Assembly: GCA_977862235.1 (NCBI GenBank) | Contig: OZ374563.1 | Span: forward strand, 930,001 to 994,000 | Source: Dudresnaya verticillata | Taxonomy: Eukaryota | Reading direction: 5' to 3' | Length of the DNA stretch: 64,000 nucleotides | Part shown: in pieces, positions 54,579 to 64,000 of the stretch | How positions within the stretch are numbered: the first letter of the stretch is position 1 | Layout: every line of letters begins with the position of its first letter | Program-made: the position numbers and the translations under genes | Notes under the pieces: model-generated | Seen by the model: only the letters and a program-made list of their open reading frames with translations | Database searches by the model: none | Told to the model about the DNA's origin: nothing

Positions 54579-55670
54579 CTGTCCGCCGGGACGGTGCGAG
54601 GCATGCGTTTGGTGCAGAGAGATGTCGCGATGTGGGAAGCTCAATTGAGGCACTGTGACGCGCTGTCGAAGTGACAAGTGTGGTGAGAAGGTGACAGGAA
54701 TGAACGAGTAGGAGTGTGTTGTTTTGGATTGTTTTTCGAGGGGGACTTGGAGCGAGTCTTAGTTACCGCGACGCTGTACGCGTATTAAAGCGACGCTGTT
54801 GCAATCTCTGCAGTTGCCAGTTGGGGTCCTACGCACTTGCTCGACGACCAGTCCAGCTTCATACGCCATTTTCCCTTTTCCCTCTGCTGACTCCTCCTCC
54901 GCTTCAGCTCTTCTTCGATGCTAAATAACCATTGCTTTCCTTCCCCGAATGCTCCGATGTTCAACCTCAACTCTGCCTGACTCTGGTTCCCTATCACTAG
55001 CCCGCTTCTGAACGTTGTGCACCTGTGACTATGTTGCCAGGTGAAGAAGCAGCTCAACTCTAACTGCAGTTCAACTCCACCTCATCTTCAACTGGGATGT
55101 CATGCAGACTGGATTCCGGAACGGAGTCCAAAGTTCTGACAGCCTTCAAACTCATTCTTCTCGTGAAGATGGCTGAGAAGCTTGGCTTGCCGTTAACGCG
55201 TGCTGACGAAAGAGTCTGTAGAAGAGCAGGGGCTTCTCTGGAAACTGAGCTGGTCTCCAAATTATTTGTTCATAGGCTGCAATACTCTGTCCTGTTGCTT
55301 CCAAGGTGAACCGACACGATGCTACCGAACGGAGACTGCTCGAGAAGAACGCAGGATTCGCGCTCAGTATTCGGCTGGGCAGGAGTGGGAGGGCAATGTC
55401 TGGTGAAAGTATGTGGGAAAGTCCACGATGAGGGAAATCCGCTTCCAAATCTCAAGAGATGTGGCAGTTTGTTGGAACATCTCAGGTGAAGATCGCTCGC
55501 TCACTTTGCATATGGTACACTTTCGCCGTCACCACGGCGAGGTGACTACGAATGGAAAGGTGCTTTACTGCCAAAATCACAGGCACTGTGACCAGGCACT
55601 GCAGGAACACAGCCATTCTACAAACTGTCGTCAGAAATCCTGAGCTTTTTGCTAACAACTACCATCCACT

Positions 55671-58097
55671 TCACTTGCACGTTCCCTGCGTCCTTGCCCC
55701 TCCCCGTGGCTTGAGGCGCAACACAAGGTCACTTCGTGTTTGGTCTTGCTTCGTGGCACCAAGTTTTGCACAAGCGCCTCTGCTGAAGGCGTTGCCAGAG
55801 GCCGTCTGAATTGGCGATACTGGGGAAGGCATTCTATCAAGTTGATCCCCTTGTTCATTTTCTCGAGGGAAGATACCGACTGGGGAACTTGCGGCTCCAA
55901 GCTGACCGCTATGGATAGCTTGTGGGGGCATCTCGGCACCAGGAGCGTCAGCTTGCTTCATCTGGTTTGAACTGCCCCCAGCTTGCCAAGTTGTCTGGTC
56001 TATCTTCGCATCCCACGTTTCAGCCGACGAGACTTTTTTCGCTGCCAACTGCCTCTGGGTACTAGCAGTTGGGTTCGATTCTACTCCGTTGCCTTTTGGG
56101 ACCCTTGATGTCAACAATGGGGAATCCCCCGTGGACACGAATTGCTGCGATGCCTCGGCATCAGTCATTGGGTATTTCTTGTCCTGCATCGTGGTAGACG
56201 GGATAGCACTGCTACTGCCTTCATCAGCAACTTGCAGCAATGCGGACGCATGTTCATCTGTCAGTTTGAGTTGGATGGAAGGAGACAAGGAGGAATCCAA
56301 GCCCCTTATAAGTGGTTTCTGTTGAGATGCTGACGGTGGGACTTGGGGAAGAGGTTGACCTTCTGCCGGTTGAGCCTGTGTGAGCTCTACTTGGCCTGTA
56401 GCAGGGATCTGATTAGACCGAGGAGCGACGCTGGGGCCGCCTGACAAGGCAGGCACATCAGCACGTGACGCTGCGGCCGGTGGTGAGAATTGTAACGCGG
56501 TGGCAAGTGGTTGCAGTCGACCAGAGTCGACCTCTTGGACGTTGTCTGAACTGCTCTCCGTTTCGAGACGGACTTTCATCGTCGGCCGAGAAACGCGCTT
56601 GCGGCGGGAGGAGGTTCGCTTGATAATTGTCTTTGCCGCAGTCCTTGCCGATCTGCGCTGCCGTGCAGCCTCTCGCTTGGCCTGAAGTTTGGCGGCCTTC
56701 TTCTCTTCATTGATTTGGCGCAAGCGTGCCAGTATGTTTTGCTCCTCGGTGGCCATCTCCGAGAGGTATTCTTGATGTTTGAGCACCTGCTTGATAGACT
56801 CAACGGCTTGAGCTGTAGAAGGGCGGTTCGCCACTACGGAGCTCAACTTGGCGCTCAAATCGAGGATCTTTGGCGCTAACTCATCACGTTTATCGGTATC
56901 ATCGAATTGTTCGACGAACGGCTTGTCTGTTGTTCGATACGACAGCTCCATATCTCCGACGACACGAAGCTTGGACTTGTCGACATCGGGTGATTGGCGG
57001 GATGCGGGGATCTCGTATGTGAGCGTCGCCATGAGACGAGGGTCCTTTGGCGAGACAAACTGAAAGCAAACCTGGTGGTAGGGGTCTTGCGCGGGATGTG
57101 CATGACAAATAGCGGATGCACATTGTTGTTGTGCTTGTGGTTTGTCAGGTATGGCACAGAATCCATTCGTGCGCGCGTCGACCGAGGCTTTCATTGCGGT
57201 GGGGTCAGGTGGCGATTGCTGCTCCGGGTCGGCCTGCTCTGTAAGTGGGATGGACTGCGCTGGTGTATTTACTGACGCAGATGGGACGATGTTTGTGGGC
57301 GGGATGCATTGGGCTTGACGCTTGACATGGACCAGACGACGGTGATGCGCAGCGGTGGTACCAGCGGTGGGACCAGGGGTTGGAGCATTTGCGTGCTCTG
57401 GCGGGATGTAGGCAGGGTCGGAATGCATTCCGTGGGGCCGAGTGGGACCAGGTGCGATGGCGGCGACATTGGGAGCAAGAGCATTTGTGGTGGAGGAAAG
57501 TTGACCCTTCGCGGCCACTGGCGGGCGGTGGCGAGTCTCGAATGGCGACGGCAAAGCGCAATTGAGATGAAATTTGACGCGGTCGACCTTGTTGAGAGCG
57601 ACGCGCGCGCGCTTGCGTGGACGCGGGGCATCGGAGCGTTCGAGGATTTCGGGGAGCGGAAGCGGGCGGGCGCATGCGTGTCCCAGGCCAATATCCGGGA
57701 GCGGGAGGGTTGGCAGCGGATCGGGGGTGGGGACGGGCGCGCGCTCGACGGCGGCTGCGGCGTCCTGCTCGAGCCAGCGCAGACGGTAGTGGCGCGCCAG
57801 CGGCGGCAGGGCTTGGCGACGCGACGGCGCGGGCGGGCGCAGGAACGACGGCCCCGCGGCCACGGCCAGGTCGGCCGGCGACGCGGCGCCGACGTACCAC
57901 GACAGCGCCGGCCACTTCCACAGATCGGCCGCCGAGCGCGGCACATGCGCCGGCGAGAACACGCTGGAGACCGTCGGCGGCGGCGGCGCGCGGCGGCGCT
58001 TGGGCTTGCACGGGGCCGGCGGGGTGGACGACGGCACGCGGGCGCGCATGGCCGGGGTGCGCGGCGACCGGGCCGGGGAGGGCGGGGGGGTGGGCAT
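55671..58097 (-). CDS. Large hypothetical protein, mostly low-complexity, with a central coiled-coil/basic segment
   Basis: 808-codon uninterrupted frame from ATG 58097, extending well into moderate-GC sequence; no family recognised. Confidence 0.6.
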   Translation of the reverse strand: MPTPPPSPARSPRTPAMRARVPSSTPPAPCKPKRRRAPPPPTVSSVFSPAHVPRSAADLWKWPALSWYVGAASPADLAVAAGPSFLRPPAPSRRQALPPLARHYRLRWLEQDAAAAVERAPVPTPDPLPTLPLPDIGLGHACARPLPLPEILERSDAPRPRKRARVALNKVDRVKFHLNCALPSPFETRHRPPVAAKGQLSSTTNALAPNVAAIAPGPTRPHGMHSDPAYIPPEHANAPTPGPTAGTTAAHHRRLVHVKRQAQCIPPTNIVPSASVNTPAQSIPLTEQADPEQQSPPDPTAMKASVDARTNGFCAIPDKPQAQQQCASAICHAHPAQDPYHQVCFQFVSPKDPRLMATLTYEIPASRQSPDVDKSKLRVVGDMELSYRTTDKPFVEQFDDTDKRDELAPKILDLSAKLSSVVANRPSTAQAVESIKQVLKHQEYLSEMATEEQNILARLRQINEEKKAAKLQAKREAARQRRSARTAAKTIIKRTSSRRKRVSRPTMKVRLETESSSDNVQEVDSGRLQPLATALQFSPPAAASRADVPALSGGPSVAPRSNQIPATGQVELTQAQPAEGQPLPQVPPSASQQKPLIRGLDSSLSPSIQLKLTDEHASALLQVADEGSSSAIPSTTMQDKKYPMTDAEASQQFVSTGDSPLLTSRVPKGNGVESNPTASTQRQLAAKKVSSAETWDAKIDQTTWQAGGSSNQMKQADAPGAEMPPQAIHSGQLGAASSPVGIFPRENEQGDQLDRMPSPVSPIQTASGNAFSRGACAKLGATKQDQTRSDLVLRLKPRGGARTQGTCK

Positions 58098-58951
58098 GGC
58101 GGGGGATGGCGGGGGATGGCGGGGGATGGGGGGGTGGGGGGGATGGGGGGCGTGTGATGGGTGCGCGTGGGGAGGGGCGTCAGGCGTGGGGCGGCGCGGG
58201 GTGCGGGTGGGGGCGGGCGGGTGCCATCTAGCGGGGAAGGGGCGGCGTGGCGGGCGCGGGCGCGCGTGCGTGGGTGGGGCGGCGGCGTCGGGCGGGCGAA
58301 GGGCGGCGCGGGCGGCGCGGCAGGGCGCGGTTTGCGGGGCGGCGGCGGAGCGGCGTGCGCGGCGCGGGGGGGGGTGCGCGGCGCGCGCGGCGGCGGCTGG
58401 AACGGGGTGATTTGCGCGCGTGCAGCGCGCCGTTCCCGCGCGCTGTAATGCGCGGCGCGCCCCCAAACGCGCCCGCGCCGCGCTGTAAGCGCCCCCCGCT
58501 GCCGTGCGCGCGCGCCAACCGCGCCGCGACACGTGCCCGCGCGCGCGCGCCGCGCGCGCCACTCCGGCTCCGGAAGCCCGTCGCGCCGCGCCGCGCCGCG
58601 CCGCGCCGCGCCGCCTGCTGCGCGCTCGCCGCGCGCGGCGTGAGCCGCCGCGCCCGCGCGCCCACCGCAACCCCCCGCAACCCCCCCCCCCCCGCGGCGA
58701 CACGCGTCTGCCAAATTCCCGGGATTTCCCACATATTCGCCCTCCCTCGCCGCCCGCCCGCCCCGCGACGCGCGCCCTCGTCCGCCGCCGCCGCCGCCGC
58801 CGCCGCCGCAGCCCCCGGCGCGCCGCCCGCCCGCCCGTGCCCTTCGCCCGCCACGCCCGCCCTCCCCCACGCACGCACCCGCCCGCCCGCCCCCGCCCCC
58901 GCACGCACGCACGACCCCGCCCCCGCCGCCGCCGCGCGCCGCCGCCGCACC

Positions 58952-60751
58952 ATGCAGTTCGGATCGCGCACGCTGGCCGAGTGGCAGCGCGACCTGCACG
59001 CGCCCGCGCCGCGCGCGTCGCGCGCGGCGCGCAGCCCGACGTGGGCGCAGCGCGCCGCGGCCGCGGCGTCGGGCGTGGCGCACGCGCGCCGGGTGCCGCG
59101 GCCGCGCCGCCGCGCCGCCGCGCCGCCGCCGCCGCCGCCGCCGCCGGACCCGCCCGCCCCGCCGTCGCCCGCGGCCTCGGCCTCGGCCTCGGCCCCGTCG
59201 CCGCCCGTCTCGCCCGCCGCCGCGCCCGAGCAGCCCGCGCCCGCGCCCGCGCCCGCGCCGCTGCTGCAACACCGCCACGACCGCCGCCCCCAGCCCTCCC
59301 CCGCGTCCTCCCCGGCCTCCTCCTCCCGCACCCCGCCGCCTACGTCCCCTCCAAACCCGCCTGTGACCAAGCGGCGCCGCCGTCCGCCGAGGGCCCTGCC
59401 GCCGCCGCACCGCCAGCTCCCGCCGCTCCCGCCGCTCCCGCCGCGCGCCCTGCGCGGCCTGGTCAACTGTGGCAATTCCTGCTTTACCAACGTCGTCCTG
59501 CAGGCCCTGCTGGCCTGCGACCAGTTTCGTCGCCTGTTGCTGCGATGCAGTCATTTGCTAGGCCTGGACGCGCAGTCTGCGGGAGACGCGCCGCAGACCT
59601 TGCTGGCCAAGTTTGTCAGGCTTGCGGATGAGATGACAGCTAGCCACGCAGGCCCCGCTGCTCAGGCGAACGGCCACGCGCACGCCAGCGGCAAGCCCAA
59701 GGTCAAGGAGAATGGCTTTGTCGCCGGCGAGCCTCTCGTCGCCGATTGGTTCTACGACGTGTTTCCGGGTTCTGGCGTGGCGCCGCCTTCCACGGGTGGC
59801 GTCGGCCCCGGTGGCTCACAGGAGGATGCCGAGGAGTTTTTGAGCTTTGTCCTCAACGCGTTGCATGAGGAGCTGGTGGACATGGATAAGAATGCGGCGG
59901 AAGACTCGGACGAGTATGATGATGACGATTGTGATCTCTCGCCGCAGAAAACGAATGGGCACAAGCCTGGCGTGGCGAACGGTGTTGTCGGCTCTGCCAC
60001 TCTCCCGGCTTCGGCGGGCAACGGTGTATGGAACGGGGTCAACCACGCGTTGGATAATCGGGAAGGGAACGGGGTATGGGAGGAAATTACTCGAAAGGGT
60101 AAGACTGTGGAGATTCGAGGCGGGGAGTTTGCGCAGACTGGTGTGACGGATATCTTTGGTGGCAATCTGCGTAGCGAGGTCAAGCGAGGTCGGGCCAAGC
60201 CATCTGTAACGCGCGAGCCGTTTTTCACGCTGAGCTTGGACATTGAGTCTGGGATGATTCGGGATGTGGAAAACGCGCTGGCGGCCTACTTTGAGCCGGA
60301 GCAACTGGAAGGGTACACGATGGAGGTTGCGAGCCGCGGTGGGGAGGAAACTGTGGTGGAGGCTCGCAAGCAAGTGCTGCTGCAAAACCTTCCGCAAGTG
60401 CTTGTGCTGCACCTCAAGAGGTTTTCGCACAACAGCGTGACCGGTGCGCTGAACAAGGTGTCGCGGCTGATGGGCTTCCCCGAGACGTTTGATGTTCCGG
60501 GGCAGTTTGTGCACGGCAACGTGGGTGAGACAAGGTATGCGCTGACGGCCGTGGTGACGCACCTCGGCAAGGAGCTGGCCGGCGGACACTACACGTGCGA
60601 TGTGCGATGGGGTGGGGCGGAAAGCGAGGTGTGGGTGTCCTGCGACGACTCAAAGGTTGTGCGAACGTCGCTGCAGAAGGTTTTGCGAAAGCAGGCATAC
60701 CTCCTCTTCTACTCTCTCAAGGCGGGGAGGGGGGGGCGCGAGATGGGATGA
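58952..60751 (+). CDS. Ubiquitin-specific protease, USP10/Ubp3/UBP24-like
   Basis: Cys box GLVNCGNSCFTN..LQAL, QEDAEEFL, IFGG.LRS, LHLKRF, His box H.G....GGHYT.DV, AYLLFY. Confidence 0.9.
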   Translation: MQFGSRTLAEWQRDLHAPAPRASRAARSPTWAQRAAAAASGVAHARRVPRPRRRAAAPPPPPPPPDPPAPPSPAASASASAPSPPVSPAAAPEQPAPAPAPAPLLQHRHDRRPQPSPASSPASSSRTPPPTSPPNPPVTKRRRRPPRALPPPHRQLPPLPPLPPRALRGLVNCGNSCFTNVVLQALLACDQFRRLLLRCSHLLGLDAQSAGDAPQTLLAKFVRLADEMTASHAGPAAQANGHAHASGKPKVKENGFVAGEPLVADWFYDVFPGSGVAPPSTGGVGPGGSQEDAEEFLSFVLNALHEELVDMDKNAAEDSDEYDDDDCDLSPQKTNGHKPGVANGVVGSATLPASAGNGVWNGVNHALDNREGNGVWEEITRKGKTVEIRGGEFAQTGVTDIFGGNLRSEVKRGRAKPSVTREPFFTLSLDIESGMIRDVENALAAYFEPEQLEGYTMEVASRGGEETVVEARKQVLLQNLPQVLVLHLKRFSHNSVTGALNKVSRLMGFPETFDVPGQFVHGNVGETRYALTAVVTHLGKELAGGHYTCDVRWGGAESEVWVSCDDSKVVRTSLQKVLRKQAYLLFYSLKAGRGGREMG

Positions 60752-61429
60752 GACTGCGGGGGAAGGGGCGGGGGAGTGTGTTTTGGTTTGGACGGATTGC
60801 GTAGAGTATGTTATTGGGAAGATTTTTTCGGAAGGCCTCGAACAAGGCAGGGCAGAGAAGAGGAAACTTTAGAAAGGGGAGTTTGTTTTGTGTGATGAGT
60901 AAGGCGCGGGGATTGCGATTGCGATTGCATCTTTGGCGACGGCGGTTGACCATGACCGCAGGCCGGAGAGTTGCGTGTAAAAGTCGGTAGCGGGGAACAA
61001 GTAGTGCCGGTCTACATGCACGACGGCCGTGTCGTGATGGCGCGCGGCAGAATCCAAAAGAAACGAACATTCGCGGCGCAAATCAATGGCCGCGCACGCG
61101 CGCGCGCACAAGGCCCTCCAATCCCCGTCACCCGCCCCCACGTGCCGGCCGCCGCCGCTCGCGCATCGCACAGCGCACATGTCACATGTGCTCGCGCGCG
61201 CGCTCGCTCGCTCCGCTCACGCGCCCGCCGCGACCACTCCTTCCCGGCCCCGCTCCGGCCCCGCCACGCCGCCCCCACCGACGCCCGCCCCACCGACGCC
61301 CGCCCCACCGACGCCCGCCCCGCCCCGCCGCGCACGCCCGCCCGCCGCGCACGCCCGCACGCACCCGCTCGCGCCCGCGCTCGCGCTCGCACGCCCGCCG
61401 CGTCCGCCACAAAGCGCACGCCCCGGCGC

Positions 61430-63109
61430 ATGGCCGCCTTCGCCTGGCTAGCCGCCGCGCCGCGCGCCCCGCCCCTCACGCCGTCCGCGTCTGCCATCGC
61501 CGTCGCCGCGCCGCGCGCGCATCTGCCGTCTCCGTCCTCTTCGTCGTCGCCGTCGCCGCCGCCGCCGCCGCCGCGCGCCGCCGCCGCCGCCGCCGCCGCG
61601 CTGCGCACGCCGCGCGCGCGCCCGCGCCCGCGCCCGCGCTCCGCGTTCACGCCGCCGCTCGCGCCGGCCATGGCCCCGCCGCCGCCGCCGCACGCCGGCT
61701 GGTACCCGCGTCTGGCGGGCTTCCCCGCGCGCGTGCGCGCGCGCGCGGACACGGGCACCACGTCGGCCGAGGCCGAGGCCGCGGCGACAGCGCGCGCGTC
61801 GTACGCAGTGGCGGACGGCGCCAACCTGGATCTGACGGCGACGCCGCCGCGCAAGGTGGCGCTGATGGTGGAGCCGTCGCCGTTCACGCACACGTCGGGC
61901 TACAGCAACCGCTTCAAGAACCTGCTGCTGCAGCTGCGCGACGCGGGCGACCGCGTGCTGGTCATTGTGCCGGACAATGACCCGGACGCGCCGACCGAGT
62001 TTGCCGGCGCCACCATTGTCAACGTCCCCGGCTTTCGCTTCCCGCTGTACCGCCGCATCACGCTCACGCTGGGCCTGCGCGGCGTGTACTCGGCGCTCAA
62101 GGACTTTGACCCCGACGTTATTCACCTGACCACGCCCGGCTTTCTCATCTTTGCCACGCTGCTGTACGCCCGTCTGCTTCGCAAGGCGCTGCTGCTGAGC
62201 TACCACACGCATCTCCCGGTGTACACCAAGGACTATGGCCTCGGCATTCTGCAGAGCCTGACGTGGACCATGCTGCGCCTGCAGCACAACCGCGCAGACT
62301 TCACGCTGACCACCAGCCCGCAGCTGTGCGAGGAGCTCGTGCAGAACGGCTTTGAGCGCATCGGGCTGTGGCGCAAGGGCATCGACACGGACATTTTCAA
62401 TCCGCGCTTCAAGAGCCATTCCATGCGCGTGCGCCTCACAGAAGGCAATCCGGACGACCCGCTGCTCATCTACGTGGGCCGTATTGGGGCTGAGAAGAAC
62501 CTCATCTTTTTCAAACAGCTGCTCGAGCGTTTTCCCAAGTGCCGGCTCGCGCTTGTTGGCGACGGGCCTTGCAAGTCGACATTGGAGGAGGAGCTCGCAG
62601 GGACCAAGACGTACTTTTCCGGGATCCTGCACGGCGAGGAGCTGAGCCAGGCATTTGCGTCGGCGGACATTTTCGTGATGCCGTCCGAGTCGGAGACGCT
62701 AGGCTTTGTGGTGCTCGAGTCGATGGCGTCGGGGGTACCGGTGGTCGGGGCGAAGGCGGGAGGGATCCCGGACATTATTGACGACTCGCGCACGGGCTAC
62801 CTGTTCTCGCCCGGGTCGTACGACGAGTGCAGCCAGCGGATCACACAGCTGCTCGGGGACGACGAGCTGCGCGACGACATGGGCAAGGCGGCGCGCGAGG
62901 AGGCGCAGCGGTGGTCGTGGCGCGCGTCGGCCGCGGCCACGCGCAACGTGGGGTACGGACGCGCCATCTCCAACTTTAAGTACAGGGCCATGGGCGGGCT
63001 CGGGCTGCCCCGGTCGCTGACTTGGCTGCGCTGGTTCCGTCGCAGGCTGGTGATGCTTCGACTGCGCTTCTTTGGGCAGTTTGGACGGCTCGCCATGCGG
63101 TTCAACTGA
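61430..63109 (+). CDS. SQD2: Sulfoquinovosyldiacylglycerol synthase (GT4), plastid-targeted
   Basis: VEPSPFTH.SGY.NRF, SYHTHLP.Y, FNPRFKS..MR.RL, YVGR.G.EKN, VMPSESETLGFVVLESMASG. Confidence 0.93.
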   Translation: MAAFAWLAAAPRAPPLTPSASAIAVAAPRAHLPSPSSSSSPSPPPPPPRAAAAAAAALRTPRARPRPRPRSAFTPPLAPAMAPPPPPHAGWYPRLAGFPARVRARADTGTTSAEAEAAATARASYAVADGANLDLTATPPRKVALMVEPSPFTHTSGYSNRFKNLLLQLRDAGDRVLVIVPDNDPDAPTEFAGATIVNVPGFRFPLYRRITLTLGLRGVYSALKDFDPDVIHLTTPGFLIFATLLYARLLRKALLLSYHTHLPVYTKDYGLGILQSLTWTMLRLQHNRADFTLTTSPQLCEELVQNGFERIGLWRKGIDTDIFNPRFKSHSMRVRLTEGNPDDPLLIYVGRIGAEKNLIFFKQLLERFPKCRLALVGDGPCKSTLEEELAGTKTYFSGILHGEELSQAFASADIFVMPSESETLGFVVLESMASGVPVVGAKAGGIPDIIDDSRTGYLFSPGSYDECSQRITQLLGDDELRDDMGKAAREEAQRWSWRASAAATRNVGYGRAISNFKYRAMGGLGLPRSLTWLRWFRRRLVMLRLRFFGQFGRLAMRFN

Positions 63110-63465
63110 CGAGAGAGTAGAGAGAGTGGTTGGTTGGGGGGGGTTGTGACTGCTGCTTTTCTATGTAGTGCGTGCTTGTGTGTGTGTGTGTGAGGGAGTA
63201 AGTGTTTTTGTTGCAATGGTAGCCGACAGGTTTTTTGTTTGCTTATATGCGGTAAACGGGAAGCGCGTGCGCGGTCGGTGGTGCATACGCAACGCACGGC
63301 GCCTGCCACACCTTTACACGGCCGTCTTACAGACGCCCGCCGTCCGCGCTGCAGCTGTGATCCGTTCCAATCGCAGTCGCGATCAAACGCAACAAAGCCT
63401 CTGCTTTGGACACTATTAGTATCTTAGCGTCACCCACCCCACCGCAACCGCACAACAACCGCACC

Positions 63466-64000
63466 ATGGCCACCCGCACCCGCGCCCTTCTCCGCGCCGC
63501 GCACCGCCTGCGACCCGCGCAGCCCCTCGCCCCGTGCCCCTCGCGCGCCTTGAGCTCCGCCGACGCCGCGCCGCCGCACGCGGGCGCGCTGCCGCGACGC
63601 GCGCCGTCCCCGTCGCCGCGCTCGCCGCCGTCGTCGCCGCCGTCGTCGTCAGCGCCGCCGGCGCGCGCGCGCACGCCGCCGCCGCCGCGCCCGCCGCCGC
63701 CGCGCGCACCCGACCACCCGCGCGCCGAGAGCCCGTTCCGCAGCCTGGCCAAGCTGACGCTGATCGGGCGCACGGGCGCGCCGGCGGACGTGCGCGACTC
63801 GGCCGACGGCGGCCGCGTGCTGTTTCTCAGCGTGGCCACCAACCACCGGGGCGCGGAGCGGCCGGACGGCGAGTGGCCCGTCGAGACGCAGTGGCACCGC
63901 GTCGTGGTGCCGCACGCCACGCCCGGCTTTGCGTTTCTGGCCGAGCTGCCCACCGGCAGCCTGGTATACGTCGAGGGCCAGATGCGCGTTCGGTCCGCGG
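63466..64000 (+). CDS. SSB: Organellar single-stranded DNA-binding protein (bacterial SSB OB-fold), 3' end truncated by the window
   Basis: Own translation from ATG 63466: presequence, then SLAKLTLIGRTG...LSVATN...ETQWHRVVV...GSLVYVEGQMRVR. Confidence 0.85.
   Translation, partial: MATRTRALLRAAHRLRPAQPLAPCPSRALSSADAAPPHAGALPRRAPSPSPRSPPSSPPSSSAPPARARTPPPPRPPPPRAPDHPRAESPFRSLAKLTLIGRTGAPADVRDSADGGRVLFLSVATNHRGAERPDGEWPVETQWHRVVVPHATPGFAFLAELPTGSLVYVEGQMRVRSA

Noticed and set aside
54785..55448. Adjacent short minus-strand ORFs between the LSM11-like and hypothetical genes
   Set aside because: Could not be joined by convincing splice sites; no recognisable domain.
57269..59631. Several long overlapping Ala/Arg/Gly/Pro ORFs, and similar shadow ORFs over other GC-rich genes
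   Set aside because: Stop-codon scarcity in very GC-rich DNA; no motifs. The same applies to upstream extensions of real genes in the ORF track.

Overview
Gene-dense, intron-poor eukaryotic nuclear DNA, most likely from a multicellular (florideophyte-like) red alga. This is inferred from CDKB (PPTTLRE), SQD2, a plastid-type thioredoxin, Brr6/Brl1, a Hint-domain protein and short GT-AG introns. About 22 recognisable housekeeping genes are present: organellar GluRS, RPL26, CLPTM1-like, Trx, RTRAF, TAM41, CDKB, HSP90, BCAT, THOC3, KAE1, MetRS, ATP3, LSM11-like, USP10-like, SQD2, SSB and others. They flank two lower-GC accessory stretches (about 5.6-22.3 kb and 36.7-40.5 kb) that carry small secreted Cys-rich or Hint proteins. 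An intact, very young Ty1/copia element (13253-20586; 1033-bp LTRs, TGCCA target-site duplication, half-tRNA-iMet PBS) has inserted into a knottin-like secreted peptide gene that can be reconstructed. The other standout signals are a tRNA-Pro(UGG) gene with a 16-nt non-canonical T-loop intron in bulge-helix-bulge/loop geometry, a Cys/Met PLP-enzyme homolog lacking its Schiff-base lysine, and an LSM11-like protein. All calls are by eye; no database searches were run.
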